Translations under genes and position numbers: made by a program | Notes under the pieces: model-generated | Seen by the model: only the letters and a program-made list of their open reading frames with translations | Told to the model about the DNA's origin: nothing | Databases searched by the model: none | Shown here: piece by piece, positions 1-23,477 of the stretch | Layout: every line of letters starts with the position of its first letter | How positions within the stretch are numbered: the first letter of the stretch is position 1 | Origin: the human T2T-CHM13v2.0 reference genome, Homo sapiens | NCBI RefSeq assembly: GCF_009914755.1 | Contig: NC_060943.1 | Length of the DNA: 64,000 nt | Reading direction: 5' to 3' (one strand)

Positions 1-313
1 GTGGAGGCTGCAGCATAGTATAATGATGCCACTGTGCTCCATCCTGGGTGACAGCGAGACTAAAACAAAATACAGAACTCTGGCTAACAATTTACAAGCC
101 GAATTTCACTAATGTCTGCAGTTTCCTTTGAAAAATGTAAAACAGGCCTGGCGCGGTGGCTCATGCCTGTAATCCCAGCACTTTGGGAGGCAGGCGGATC
201 ACCTGAGGGTCAGGAGTTTGAGACCAGCCTGGCCAACATGGTGAAACCCCATCTCTACTAAAAATAGCAAAAGTTAGCTGGGTGTAGTGGCAGGGCGTCT
301 GTAATCCCGGCTA

Positions 314-427
<114 letters not shown>

Positions 428-789
428 TCAAAAAAAGAAAAAGAAAAAAAAAAAGTAAAACAAGGTGGATTAATGAACAGATGCCCCATAAAACAAAAGC
501 ACTGAAATGTTAAGGGCAGAATCTAGGTGGTGGGGTATGGGGGTATGCACAGAAAAATTCCCTTGACTTTAACTGAAAGTGTCCTAATAGGGAAATGGCA
601 CATTGGGGTTTCGGGGCCATGTAATGGCACAGGTTTCTATCATGGCCCTGCACCTGCTTTTGAGTCTGTAACTTGGTATTATTTTTCCTAAAGCGGGTCC
701 TCCAGATTATAAAAGCCTCAGGCATCAGCCAGGTACAGTGACTCACGCCTGTAATCCCAGCATTTTGGGAGGCTGAGGTGGGTGGCTCA

Positions 790-1122
<333 letters not shown>

Positions 1123-1499
1123 TCAGGAGGCTGAGTTGGGAGGATTGCTTGAGGCCAGGAGTGAGACCAGCCTGGGCAACATAGCAAGACCCCATCTCTA
1201 AAAGAAAAAAAAAATGAGCTGGGCATAATGGCATGTGCCCATAGTCTCAGCTACTCAGGAGGCTGAGGTGGGAGGATCTCTTGAGTCCAGGAGTTTGAGG
1301 CTGCAGTAAACGGTGATCGTGCCACTACACTCTAGCCTGGGCAACAGAGTGAGACCCTGTCTATTTTTTTTCCTTTTTGAGTCTCGCTCTGTCACCCAGG
1401 CTGGAGTGCAATGATGCGATCCTGGCTCACTGTAATCTCCGCCACCCTGTCTCTTTAAAAAACAAAAACAAAAACAAAAACAAACCATGGAGACCATCT

Positions 1500-1756
1500 G
1501 TAGGCAGCAGTATGGGGTTGTGAAGAGCATGGTGGAGTCCGTGTCCTGATTTCAGACCCGCTCTGTTACATACTGGCTGTGTGATGTTGTGCAGGTTACT
1601 CAACCTCTCTGTGCCTCAGTGTCATATCTGTAAAATGGACATAACAATAGTGCTTATCTTGCTGTGGGTTATTACAAGGATGAGTGAGTCTGCACGGAAA
1701 GCGATCGGAACAGGCCCTGGCACAGGGGAAGCTCTAGGTGAGCATTTGCTGTTATA
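1500..1756 (+). mobile_element. MIR
   Basis: MIR core ctgtgtga...aacctctctgtgcctcagt...atctgtaaaatgg. Confidence 0.8.
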
Positions 1757-2523
1757 ACAATGTTAGGGTGGGGGAAGATGATTTTAAAAAGATGCAGAAA
1801 CTTGCAATTTGTGCCAGAGGCTCCTCCCAAATGCTCTGACCCTTTGACGCAGTGATTGCACGCTTGGGAACGTGGCCTACAGAAACAGCCGGAAGTTGGG
1901 GAAGAGCATTTTGCACAGGCCGGTCCTTGAGAACGTTCTGCAGAATGGGAGGAAACGTGGTCATGGACATGGGGCGGGCCCTGGCCACATGGACGCCACC
2001 TCTGTGGCCATTAACTGAGGGGTCGGAAGTGCCTGCAGCCACTGGGAGGTGTTTGTGTTTGGATACTTTGTGGGAAAAAGCAAACAGGATCTGCTGCCGT
2101 CCACACTGGCGTTCATCAGACAAACCCCCATGCCAAAAGTCTCTTGAGTGGGAGGATTTCAGAGGACTCCTTCTTACTCTTTTTTCCAGCATTTCCAATT
2201 TTTTTTTTTTTTTTTGAGAAAGGGTCTCATTCTGGAGCACAGTGGCTCTGTCTCAGCTCACTGCAGCCTCAACCTCCTGGGCTTAAGTGATCCCCTAAAC
2301 TCAGCCTCCTGAGTAGCTGAGACTTACAGGCCCACGCCACCATGCCTGGCTAATTTTTTTCTTTTTGTATTTTTAGTAGAGACAGGGTTTTGCCATGTTG
2401 CCCAGGCTGGTCTCAAACTCCTGACCCCAAGTGATCCACCCACCTCGGCCTCCCAAAGTGCTGGGATTACAGATGTGAGCCATTGAGCCAGGCCCCAAAT
2501 TTTCTGTAATGGAGCAAACTTGA

Positions 2524-3022
<499 letters not shown>

Positions 3023-3194
3023 TGAGAATTCGGTGCCAACAATTAGAGACACCCTGTGAGGCGTGGACGGCAGGAGTGATCCCGGAATTGCAGCTGGACC
3101 TGGCGTCCTTGAACCGAGCAGTTCCAGCAGCGGAACTGGAGACAGCAGTGCCCCTGCTGGGTCAGTTCAGTGCTGTCCTGGGTGTCATTTCTGA

Positions 3195-3432
<238 letters not shown>

Positions 3433-3613
3433 TAGCCAGGATGGTCTCGATTTCCTGACCTCGTGATCCGCCCGCCTCGGCCTCCCAAAATGCTGGGATT
3501 ACAGGTGTGAGCCACCGCGCCCGGCCAGCTTCCCATGATTTTGTAAGCACTCAATTCCCTGTAAGATACCTGGAGTGGTTTCTATTTAGGTGCTAGAGAC
3601 AATCATGCATTAC

Positions 3614-3648
<35 letters not shown>

Positions 3649-4097
3649 GAGACAGGGTCTTGCTCTGTTGCCCAGGCTGGAGTGCAGTGGTGCGATCATG
3701 GTTCACTGCAAGCTCCACCTCCCCAGGCTCTGGTGATCCCCCCACCTCAGCCCCCCAAGTAGCTGGGACCACAGGTGCATGCCATTATGCCTGGCTAATT
3801 TTTGTTATTTTAGTGGAGATGGGGTCTCCCCATGTTGCCCAGGCTGGTCTCAAACTCCTAGACTCAAGTGATCCTCTTGCCTCAGCCTCCCAAGGACCGA
3901 ATTAAAGGCATGAGCCATCTTGCTCAGACTCCTGTCTCTATTTTTTTTTTTTTTTTAAAAAAAGGCTGGGCGTGGTGGCTCACGCTCACGCCTGTAATCC
4001 CAGCACTTTGGGAGGCTGAGGGGGGTGGATCACTTGAGGTCAGAGGACTCCTGGCCAACATGGTGAAACCCTGCCTCTATTAAAAATACAAAAATTA

Positions 4098-4241
<144 letters not shown>

Positions 4242-4867
4242 TCAAAAAAGAAAAAAGAAAAAAAAAAATCCATGTTAATGGGTAGACACAACTCAAGTGA
4301 GAGTAGGTTTTGGGGCAGAGAAATTCAGATGAGGCTTTGGCTGGATTAGGCCTGAGCTTCCCGTTTGGCTTGTGAACGGCGATGTTGCTGAGCTGGCGGA
4401 CACAGGAACCAGAGCTCTGGGGACCTGGCAGGGAGAGATGTGTGGTCAGCGTGTGGGTTTGTGGCATTTGAGGCAGTGGGACTGGGTAGGAGTTGCACGT
4501 AGACCAAAGGTGACAGGTGAAAGGCAGGGAGGTCTGGGGGAAGGAGAAAAAGGTGGGGGGTGGGGACCAGCACAGGGCACTGAGCAGAGGTGGCGGGGAG
4601 GGTGTGGGAGAGAATCGGGGCTGCGGATGAGCTACTCCCCAGCCTGCCCACACAAGGCTGGAAGGCACCCTAGGAGGGTCAGCCAGGAGGCCGGGGCAGG
4701 GTATCCATTGCTGAGAACTGCCCGGGGAGGGGGTGTTCAGGGCTGGGAGCAACCTCATAGCACCACCATGGTCCTGCGTGATCAATAATGCCCCCACTCC
4801 CTGATCCTGTGTGACCATCAAATGCAGGGCCGCCCAAGTTCAAGGAGAATCTGGACGTGGGAGACAG

Positions 4868-4886
4868 TGGCCGCCAGGAGGCGCCT
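4868..4886 (+). promoter_or_regulatory. CTCF-like motif TGGCCGCCAGGAGGCGCCT
   Basis: Close match to the CTCF consensus, in GC-rich non-Alu sequence. Confidence 0.45.
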
Positions 4887-6261
4887 TGAGCCTGTGCCAG
4901 GAACCAGACAGTCTGGGAGGTCCCAAGCGGCCCTAGCTCTCCTGTCACTCCTGCTCAGGATCCCTCAAGGGGTCACACTGCAGCAGGCAGGGTGACAGCT
5001 AGACCCTGGGAGGGCCAGCGGGTTAGTGCTGCTTTCTGAATGGGCAGGAGCAGGTCCATGGAGACCGCTTCCTAGGTCTGTCCAGGGGGCCTTCTGGAGG
5101 TCTAGGGGCTGTGGCTTGGGGGTCAGTTGGTGAGACTTGAGTGGCTCACACTGGTTACAAAGGCCTCCACACTGGCCCTGACCGGGACTGCGGCCCACTG
5201 GAGTTGGGGAGCGGGAGCCAGCAGGGGTTCCTGACCTGGAGAGTGGGAGACGGGGGGTTTAAGGTAGAGGGTGAGCGGGAGGGAAGGGTGTGGATTCTGG
5301 CAGTGGGCCTGGAGGCGGACAGGGGTCCCTGGCCATTAGGGCCATGTGTCTGCCATGGTGGGGGCAGGGCGAGAAGTTGCTGAGACAGATCTGTCAAACC
5401 CTTGCCGCTTTTCAGTGAGCAAGGGTGTCAGGCTTCACCCCTAACAACCACCCACCTGTCTTTTCTCCCATTGCCAGTCTGGGACCTTACCTAGAACCCC
5501 TAGGGGCTGAAGGAATGTTTCCCCCTCCAGGGACAGAATTTCAGGGTGTCACATACCCAAAGCTGTGGTGGTCTAGGATTCCACATAGAGGTTCTGGGCT
5601 TCCAGTCCTGTGAGTCACCAGAGGTAGTAGGGAACCTAAGGAAGGAGAGACGAGAGATAGAGGGAGACAGACTCAGGGAGATGACGTCAGAACATCTGGA
5701 TCCAGCTGTGCCTGAAGCCCTCCCTTAGGCTTTTCCATTACACGAGCGAAGTGCTTAAGCCAGTCACAACTCGGCTTCAGACACTTATGAGCAGAACTTA
5801 CCTGAAACATGCCCTGATGTCCCCTCCCCCATCTCAGCTGCTTTCCCCAGGCTTCGCTTCTGCCCCTGTCACTGGCGGGAGTCCATCCAAACCTTGAGTC
5901 TGGCGTTCAAGTCTGGCCGCCTCACCCCTCCTCTTGTTGGCACATCAGCCTTGGGCCCCTCTCCCTGGCCCACTGGGTTCCTGCCCCTTTGTCCTCAAGC
6001 CCCTCTACTCCAGAAAGTCAGCCTGAATTGCACCCTTCTCCCCACCCCACCCACGTGAAGTAGAATCAAGAGCAATACCGGGCTCCCCACCTAAAAGCTG
6101 GGGGGTTGGTTTCAAGTCTTCTCAGTCCGATTATTCCCATCTGAACTCCATGAACAGGGAACTACAGCTTCTCCTCTGACATCCTAAACATCTTTAACTA
6201 TTAGGGGTCATGTGAACCTTGTATGCAGAAGGTGCTTAATCAACGCCTGCTGATGCAGGTG

Positions 6262-6907
<646 letters not shown>

Positions 6908-7834
6908 TAGATGACACCACAGAGTGAAACCAGTCAAATCTAGACAGTAGGAAACCCAATCAACCTGCTTTCTTCAACAAATGAATGTCATTTAAAAAGC
7001 TGAGTGATTGGCTGGGCACAGAGGCTCACGCCTGTAATCCCAGCACTTTGAGAGGCCAAGGCGGGTGGATCACGAGGTCAGGAATTCAAGACCAGCCTGG
7101 CCAATGTGGTAAAACTCTGTCTGTACTAAAAATACAAAAATTAGCCAGGTGTGGTGGCATGTGCCTGTAGTCCCAGCTATTTGGGAGGCTGAGGGAGGCT
7201 GAGGCAGAAGAATTACTTGAACCCGGGCAGCAGAGGTTGCAGTGAGCCAAGATCATGCCACTGCACTCCAGCCTGGGTGACAGAGCGAGACTCTGTCTCC
7301 AAAAAAACAACCAACCAAAAAACTGAGTGATTACTTCCACGTCAAGACACAGATATTGAGGAGGGTAGAAGGCACTGCCGTGACTAGACTGGAATCCAGG
7401 CCATCTGAAGCCCCAGGTGGGCAGAGATGCTCTGGTTACCTGGACATCCTGAATTCCAGAATTCCAGCAGGTGTCTACTTAGGGCTGCCACCTCCTTGCA
7501 GTTGATTTTTGGAGCCTCTTGTTGCCTCTGGCTTGAAGGCCCAGCTGTCTTTCTAGGTGTTTTCCCAGTGGGCATGGAGCTGCAGCGTGGCTGCTGGGAG
7601 CAGCACTATGTCACCCTGCCCACTAGCTGGAGCTCCAGCTAGATGTGAACCACCAGGCAGGCGCAGTTGCTGCTGGTGTCCAGGGAGCATTGAACAGCAG
7701 GAGGGACTGAGGGTAGTAGGAGAGAGGAGAAAGAAGGTGGGTGTGAAGGACAGGATGTCATATCAGTGGTCTTCCTTCTGGGAGGAAACCTCACCTGGCT
7801 AGACTCCTGTCCACTCACCTACTTGCCCATCAAC

Positions 7835-8632
<798 letters not shown>

Positions 8633-9885
8633 CCATAGACATAATGTCAAGGGAAAGAATCCAGACATAAAGAGTACACAGTATGTGATTACGTTTATAT
8701 GAAGTTTGAGAACAGGCCAAACTGATCTATGGTGAAATAAGTCAGGCCAGTGGTGACCCTTATGAGGGAATTAACTGGGAGGATGTGTGAGAAAAACTTG
8801 GGGAACTGGAAATGATCCATATCTTGATCTGGGGTGGTTAAATGATATTATACATATGGAAAATTTGCTGATCTGTACATCTGAAGATTTATGTAAAAAA
8901 TATATTTTTAAAAGAAAAAAGACCTCACTGAGAAGGTGGCATTTGAGGAAGTCACCTGCACTGCAGAATGCTCCCAGACACCTGCAGATACCGTATACCT
9001 TTGTGTAGCCAGCACACAAATAACGGGATGGCTACTTTGAGTACCGTATTGACCAGAATAAATTATACCAGATTCCCGCCTCGCACCGTATGCATTTGTA
9101 TTGTGGTACAATACAAATTTCAGTGTGCCTATGTTCCTGGCAAACTGAAGAGGCCTGACGGGAACTCAGTGGGTCTTTGGAAAATTCTGCACCCAGTGGA
9201 AGAAGAGCCTATAAGCCCTACTTAAAAAAAAATTTTAAATCTGAAATATGCCTTTTCCCTTTAAGGAGGTACAAAGGCTTATTTGAGCAGGAAATTAAAC
9301 AGACACCCCCTCCCCACCAACATGCCTGAATTCCAAGCACCTGGTGCTGGCCCAGAGAGAGAGAGGGGAGTTATCGCAGGGAGAGTGAGATAAGAATTTC
9401 CTTGGTTGGTGCTAACAAATGACCGAGTTTGCTTTCCTGTTTCACATACGGTTTTTACATGATTTAATTGTTTTAAATGTTTGTGAACATTCAGATAAGT
9501 GCCATGTGGTTTTTTTGTTGTTGTTGTTGAGACAGAATCTCGCTCTGTCACCCGGGCTGGAGTGCAGTGGCGCGATCTCGACTCACTGAAACCTCCGCCT
9601 CTCAGGTTCAAGCAATTCTTCTGCCTCAGCCTCGCCTTGTGGTTTTATAGATGGTTTTTGTGAAAATGAATAATGTTCGAAATTGTATTCATTAATATAA
9701 GCGACTCAACAGTAAGGTTTTTTTTTTTTTTTTTTTTTTTGAGACAGAGTCTTGCTGTTGTCGCCCAGGCTGGAGTGCAGTGGCACAATCTCAGTTCACT
9801 GCAACCTCCGCCTTCGGGTTCAAGCCATTCTCGTGCCTCAGCTTCCCTAGTAGCTGGGATTACAGGCATACACCGCCACGCCTAG

Positions 9886-10372
<487 letters not shown>

Positions 10373-10658
10373 TCAGCTACCTGGGAGGCTGAGTTGGAAG
10401 GATCACCTGAGCCCAGGAGGTCGAGGTTGCAGTGAGCCATGATCATGCGACTGTACTCCAGTCTGGGCAACAGAGCAAGACTCTGTCTCAAAAAAAAAAA
10501 ACCAAAATCATTATTGGTAAGATACATAGAATGTCAGAGGTGACGAGGGCCATGAGGAAGAGGGGGCACAGAATGTTGGGGGAGGGGTTGCAGTTTTAAA
10601 TAGGATGTCAGGGGAGGTCACAGTGAAAAGTGACATTTTGGCCAGGCATGGTGGCTCA

Positions 10659-11445
<787 letters not shown>

Positions 11446-11607
11446 CTAAGTCAGATACAAAAGGTCACCTGTTGTACGAGTCCATTTATGTGAAATATCC
11501 AAAACAGGCAAATCCTTTAAGGCAAAAAGCAGATTCATGGAGCCAGGGACTCCTGGGGAGATGAGAAGTGGAAAGGGGCTGCTTGATGAATACGGGGCAA
11601 CGTCTAG

Positions 11608-11841
<234 letters not shown>

Positions 11842-12434
11842 TGAGTAGCTGGGACTACAGGCGCCTGCCACCATGCCCAGCTAATTTTTGTATTTTTAGT
11901 AGAGACGGGGTTTCACCATATTGGCCAGGCTGGTCTCGAACTCCTGACCTCAGGTGATCTGCCCGCCTCGGCCTCCCAAAGTGTTGGGATTACAGGTGTG
12001 AGTCACGCCGCGCCCAGCCTAGGAATATATTTTGAAAGTAGATCCACCGTAACTGGCCGAGGTACAAGGGGAATAAAAAAGAGCCAAAGGTGACTCCAAG
12101 GTTTCTGGACTTGGTCTAGAGTTGCCATTGCCTGAGATGGGGAAGACTGAGGAAGGAGGGGCTCAGAGGTGGGGCAGGTGCAGGGGAGAAATGGGAACTC
12201 GTGATTGAGATGCCCATTAGACGCCCGAGTATAGATGTGAAGTAGGCAGTTGGAGGTAAAAATTTGGAATTCAGAGAAAATTCCTGGGCTGGAAATATGC
12301 ATTTGGAATTTGCTTATATTCACAACCTTTAAAACGTTGGGAGTGTGCCTTGTGTCTTCAACCTGTGAAAACTGCCCATTCTCTCCCTACCTAATGTAGT
12401 AGAATTTTTTTGTTTGTTTGTTTTTTATTTTTGA

Positions 12435-12632
<198 letters not shown>

Positions 12633-13420
12633 TGAATGCCTGCCTGCCCTCAAGTGATCCGCCCACCTCGGCCTCCCAAAGTGCTGGGATTACAGGCATG
12701 AGCCACTGCGCTTGGCCAGGGCTGTCATGTATTGAGAACAAGGTGTGCTTTTGTATAGCTGTGTGGCTGAATAAAGGTGTTTGATGTGTTGTGTCTCTGG
12801 GTTGGGTTTGTCTGGATGTGCAATTGTGTAAATGGGTGAAGGAGATCACTTGTGTGTTACCATTTGTCATGTGTGTGTTTGTGTGTGTGAAAGAGAGAGA
12901 AAAGGGGAGGGGGATGGCCTCCCAGCCCAGAAGTCATTACTAATTCCTCCAGCATCCCCCACTTCTGGGCAACAGAGGCCCTTTTGTTCACAGTGGCAGA
13001 GGCAGTGATGTCCCTTCTCTCTTGAGGCCCCTGGCAAGTTCTCAGCCCTGAGCCTGGTCAACAAAAGGTCCTGTGAGCTTTTGCATTGAGCCCGGCCACT
13101 TGCAGAGTGTGCTGAGGACATCAGTGAGGGCACGGGACCTGTGACAACCACAGTGGCTTGGCCAGCGATGGAGGAGCCAGGGGCTTAGAGAGGGCCTTCT
13201 TGAGGATAATGTTGTTACAAGATAATTATGGGAAAAAAGGGAAAACCATGACTGTCCTACAGATCTAAAAATGAACACATGGGGCGGACATGATGGCTCG
13301 TGCCTGTAATCAGCATTCTGGGATGCCGAGGTAGGAGGGTTGCATGAGCCCAAGAGTTTGAGACCAGCCTGGGCAACATAGTGAGACCTCATATCTATTC
13401 TTATTTTTATTTATTTTTAG

Positions 13421-13714
<294 letters not shown>

Positions 13715-14049
13715 TGAGCCACCACGCCTGGCTCCATCTCTATTTTTTTTTTTTTTTTTTTTGAGACGGAGTCTCGCTCTGTCACCCAGGCTAGAATGCA
13801 GTGGCGCGATCTCTGCTCACTGCAGGCTCCACCTCCCGGGCTGACGCCGTTCTCCGGCCTCAGCCTCCGGAGTAACTGGGACTACAGGTGCCCGCTACCA
13901 TGCCTGGCTAATTTTTGTATTTTCAGTAGAGACGAGGATTCACCATGTTGGCCAGGCTGGTCTCGAACTCCTGACCTCGTGATCCACCCACCTTGGCCTC
14001 CCAAAGTGCTGGGATTACAGGCGTGAGCCACCGCGCCCAGCCTGAATGA

Positions 14050-14230
14050 TGTTGTTATGGGTTGAATTGGGTCCACTCCCAAAATTGGCATATTGAAGTC
14101 TTAACCCACCGTACTTTAGAATGTGACCTTACCTGGAAGTAGGGTCGTTGCAGATATAATCAGTTGGGGTCATACTGGAGTAGGATGGTCCCTAAACCAT
14201 CATGACTGGTGTCCTTAAAAAATTCGGAAA
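14050..14230 (+). mobile_element. MLT1-type (ERVL-MaLR) LTR fragment
   Basis: tgttatgggttgaattg...agaatgtgacctt...agggtcgttgcagatataat...atgactggtgtcctta. Confidence 0.75.
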
Positions 14231-14364
14231 TTTGAGCCTGGAGAGGTAGCTCATGCCTGTAATCTCTGCTCTTGGGGAGGCCGAGACAGGAACATCACTT
14301 AAGCCCAGGAGTTTGAGAGCAGCCTGGACAACATAGCAAGACCTTGTCTCTACAAAATATTTTA

Positions 14365-14776
<412 letters not shown>

Positions 14777-15812
14777 TCACTATGTTGCCCAGGCAGAGGT
14801 TTGAGTTTTTGTTGAGGGCTCTGGGAGTCACAGAAGATAGCTCTATTTGTGGGTCATTCACTTTTTGCCCAGCCCTGTGTTGCTTTACATGCACTTGCTC
14901 ATTAAATCCTCCCAAGATCAGGGGGATCAGACTGAGGTGGGTGGAGTCGACTTGAACTTTGCTTAGGGTTCTAAGAGGTAAAGACTAGGGGATCTGGGGA
15001 CAGGGAAATCCCAGATAGAGTTAACCTTTTTTTTTTTTTTTTTTTTTTTTTTGATACAGTCTCGCTCTGTCGCCCAGGCTGGAGCGCAGTGGTGCAATCT
15101 CAGCTCACTGCCTTCTGTCTCCTGGGTTCAAGTGATTCTCCTGCCTCAGCCTCCCAAGTAGCTGGGATTACAGGCGTGCACCACCACATTGGGATAATTT
15201 TTGTATTTTTAGTAGAGACAGGGTTTCACCATGATGGCCAGGCTGGTCTTGAACTCCTGAGCTCAGGTGATCTGCCTGCCTCGGCCTCCCAAAGTGCTGG
15301 GATTACAGGTGTGAGCCACCTCATCAGGCTGAGTTTATTGAGTTATCCCCGTGTGCCAGTCAGAGCTCTAGTTCTTCCTACCTGTATAAACTCGCTTACT
15401 GCTCACATCAACCATCTAATGGAAGTGCTGTTTTCATGTTGTTTCCTGCCCTTTGTCTCTACCTGCCAGATCACTCCCATGAAGGAAGGGACTTTGTTTA
15501 TTTATTCATTGCTGTATCCCTGGAAACTGGGACTGCAGGTGGTTATGAAGTACCTATTTGTTAAATGAGTGAACATTTCCTGTAGGCAATTACACCCAAC
15601 TTCCAAATGGAGAAACAGGCTCAGAGATAAGCCCCTGCACCCTCACTCCTCAACTCAACTGCCTGTTTCTAGCACTTTCCATGACGATCCCCTCTGCACG
15701 GAGAGGGTTCATGGGGAGTGACTATTGTTCTGTAATGAATGACCAGGCTGTGCCAGGTCCGGCAGTAGGCCTTTTCCTTTTCCTTTTTTTTTTTTTTTTG
15801 AGATGGAGTTGA

Positions 15813-16193
<381 letters not shown>

Positions 16194-16530
16194 TAAAGTG
16201 ATCCTTCCACCTCAGCCTCCCCAGTAACTGGGAGTACAGGTACATGCCACCACACGGACTAATTTTAAAAGTTTTTGTAGAGATGGGGTCTTGCTATGTT
16301 GCCCCAGCTGGTCTCAGACTCTTGGGCTCAAGCAGTCCTCCTGCCTCGGCCTCCCAAAGCATTGGGATTACAGGTATGTGCCACCGTGCCCAGCCGCAGC
16401 AGGCCTTTTGTTTTTTTAGAGAGGGTCTTGCTTGGTGGCCTAAGCTGGAGTGCAGTGGTGCAATCACGGCTCACAGCAGCTTCCAAACTCCTGCGCTCAA
16501 GCGAGCCTCCTGCCTCAGCCTCTCAAGTAG

Positions 16531-16977
<447 letters not shown>

Positions 16978-17604
16978 TGAGCCACCGCGCCCTGCGGCTG
17001 CAGGTCTTTATAAGGCAACTGTGGGCCCTGGACCGCTCCCTGAAAACCTCCCCCTCAACTCCCTGTCTCCTCCCTCACCTGGTCTACCCCGAATCCTTCC
17101 CCTCTCGCCCCCTCGCCCTCTCCAGGGGAGGTGAGGGACTCAAGAATCGCGCCCTGCTTCTGTCCCCACCGCGCCGTCCCCAAGCCCACGCAGTGAAAAG
17201 ACCACCCTTGAGGCTGATTCCGGGTCCAGCTGGGAGCGGCCAGCCGTAAATCACCGCCCCCGTGGGCCGTACCATTCTGGCCGGGGGGACCTGGGAGGGG
17301 ACGCGCGGAGGGCTTCCCCCGGGGACTGCCTGTATCGAGACTCTCTCCAGCCCAACAGGAGGATGGGAAGGAGACTTGTGTGGGGGCCTCGGGCTGGCGG
17401 GTCGCGGGTTCCTTATCCTCCGCCTTGGCGCCTCTCCGCCCACCGCCCACCGCCCCTCCCTGGCATTGGTTGGCGCCAGGGGAAGCCGAGGCTCCATCCT
17501 TTCTGCGCAGGTTCCCGCCGCACTCGCGCAGACCTAGCGCGTCCAGGTGGGAGGTTAGTGTGGCCCGGGCGTCCGCTCCTCAGCGGATGTGGCAGCCCCG
17601 AGCC

Positions 17605-20188
<2,584 letters not shown>

Positions 20189-20369
20189 TGCGCCCTGAAG
20201 GCAGAGGTGAGGGGGCCCACTAGACAGGGACACCACCCTTTGGATCTTCTCCCTGCCCCATGCTCTGACTCCTTGGCCCAGGGTGGAGAGCCTGGGAGAT
20301 GGGGGGGACATCACGTGTGTCCCCAGAGCGAGCGGGATAAAGTTAGACCCGGTTGGTGGAGGACAACAA

Positions 20370-20817
20370 CTGAGATGGGGTCAGAGGTGTGCAGGGTGAC
20401 AGCTGAGATGGTGATGGGTCAGAGATATGCAGGATGACAGCTGAGATGGGGTCAAAGGTATGCAGGATGACAGCTGAGATGGTGATGGGTCAGAGGTGTG
20501 CAGGATGACAGCTGAGATGGTGATGGGTCAAAGGTATGCAGGATGACGGCTGAGATGGTGATGGGTCAGAGGTGTGCAGGATGACGGCTGAGATGCTGAT
20601 GAGTCAGAGGTGTGCAGGATGATGGCTGAGATGGTGATGGGTCAGAGGTGTGCAGGATGACGGCTGAGATGGTGATGGGTCAGAGATGTGCAGGATGACA
20701 GCTGAGATGGGGTCAGAGGTGTGCAGGATGACAGCTGAGATAGGGTCAGAGGTATGCAGGATGACAGCTGAGATGGGGTATGCAAGATGACAGCTGAGTT
20801 GGTGGTGGGGTCAGAGG
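20370..20817 (+). repeat. Minisatellite in SELENOW intron 5: ~13 units, mostly 33 or 38 bp (CTGAGATGG[TGATG]GGTCAGAGGTGTGCAGGATGACAG)
   Basis: Unit starts counted at 20370, 20403, 20441, 20474, 20512, 20550, 20588, 20626, 20664, 20702, 20735, 20768 and 20794. Confidence 0.95.
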
Positions 20818-21295
20818 GCTGCCCTAAAACAGCTCTCCTGGTTTGGGAATGAAAAGTGCTAGCAACCCAACGGTTCAGAATCCGGAACTCTAGGTCTTTG
20901 TCCCATTGCCAAGAAACAGTTCCCAACCCAGCAGGTCATGTGACAGCGTCCGGCCAAGTTCCCAGCATGTTTTGAGACAGAATTTCCTTGCTCCACAATT
21001 TCGAGTAGGTCACTAATTATCACCGGGCTCTGAACCTGAGAATTAGTTCTAGGAATATTCCAGACCTGATCCAGCTCCAGAAACTTACCCACTTTGGAAC
21101 TGAACATGAGTCCAAGAATGCTCTAGAAACAAATGCTAACTCTAGAATGGATTGTCTGCTCCAAAAAAACCCTAGAGCTGACTCCCAGTTCTCCCCATAG
21201 AGCCGAGAATGAAATACACCACCAGCTCCCAACACACTGTAAACCTGAGCCCCCCTTCCCAACCCAGCAATTGAAAAATGTGAACCAGCTCCTAA

Positions 21296-21619
<324 letters not shown>

Positions 21620-21983
21620 TGAGCCACCGTGCTTGGCCTCCTTAAGCACTCTGAACCAAGTATTGTTTCCAGCCTAATACATTGTGGAACAAGTGGCAAT
21701 TTCTATATGAACCTCAGGAACAAAGAACTACTTTCCAGCACCTTCTGAGTCTGATTTTCCAGTTTGTAAGCCAGTATGGTCCAGATAAGCGTGAAACCCA
21801 ACCCATTCTAGAACAGTTACTAGCCCTTTTTCTGGTCTCTGGCACTGCAGGGCCTGGAGCATAGTTTATTTTTTGAGGTGGAGTCTCGCTCTGTCGCCCA
21901 GGCTGGAGTACAGTAGTGTGATCTCGGCTCACTGCAACATCTGCCTCCTGGGTTCAAGGGATTCTTGTGTCTCAGCCTCGTGA

Positions 21984-22462
<479 letters not shown>

Positions 22463-22606
22463 TAAACTCAAGTTCCATTTCCTAAAATTCTTTACCAGAG
22501 CAGAATGAGGTCATGTTCAATGTGAATTGGGACGTGCCAATTTGAAGTAATGCAGAAACGATATCTTGCCTTATGTGCAGGTCTGAAACAAAGCAAATCC
22601 CTCTAA

Positions 22607-23069
<463 letters not shown>

Positions 23070-23125
23070 TGACTCCCTACCCCAACCACCTCTTTTTCTC
23101 TCCACAGTCCAGGGACCTTGACCCA

Positions 23126-23219
23126 GCCCCTCTCAGCAGACGCTTCATGATAGGAAGGACTGAAAAGTCTTGTGGACACCTGGTCTTTCCCTGATGTTCT
23201 CGTGGCTGCTGTTGGGGGC
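23126..23219 (+). promoter_or_regulatory. SECIS element (type II-like)
   Basis: AUGA at 23147-23150 and UGAU at 23192-23195 form the core quartet. Helix II is 23153-23162 paired with 23181-23190. Unpaired AAAA at 23163-23166 precedes an apical mini-helix (GUC/GAC). The lower helix is CAGCAG/CUGCUG plus GCCCC/GGGGC. Confidence 0.93.
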
Positions 23220-23477
23220 AGAGATTGACGCCCCCGGTCTTTGCCTCTGAGCGGGAGAGTCTGTGTGTATGTGTCTTCCCCGGAATCCACACCACCCCAC
23301 CCTCCTCCTGTCCCGTGGTTTCATCATATCTCTTTGCATACCCCATGTCTTCCCCAGTTGTCCCCTGGAGTTTGGGGGGACATCCCGCCTCAGGCATCCT
23401 TCTCAAGGGGAAGCCAAGAGAGGCATCAGGATGGGTGGGTTTCTGATTGTGGCAACGTTTGCAACCGTTCACGATTC

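Noticed and set aside
20370-20817. CRISPR-like appearance of the 33/38-bp array
   Set aside because: The units are head-to-tail with no unique spacers, there are no cas genes, and the array is in a mammalian intron.
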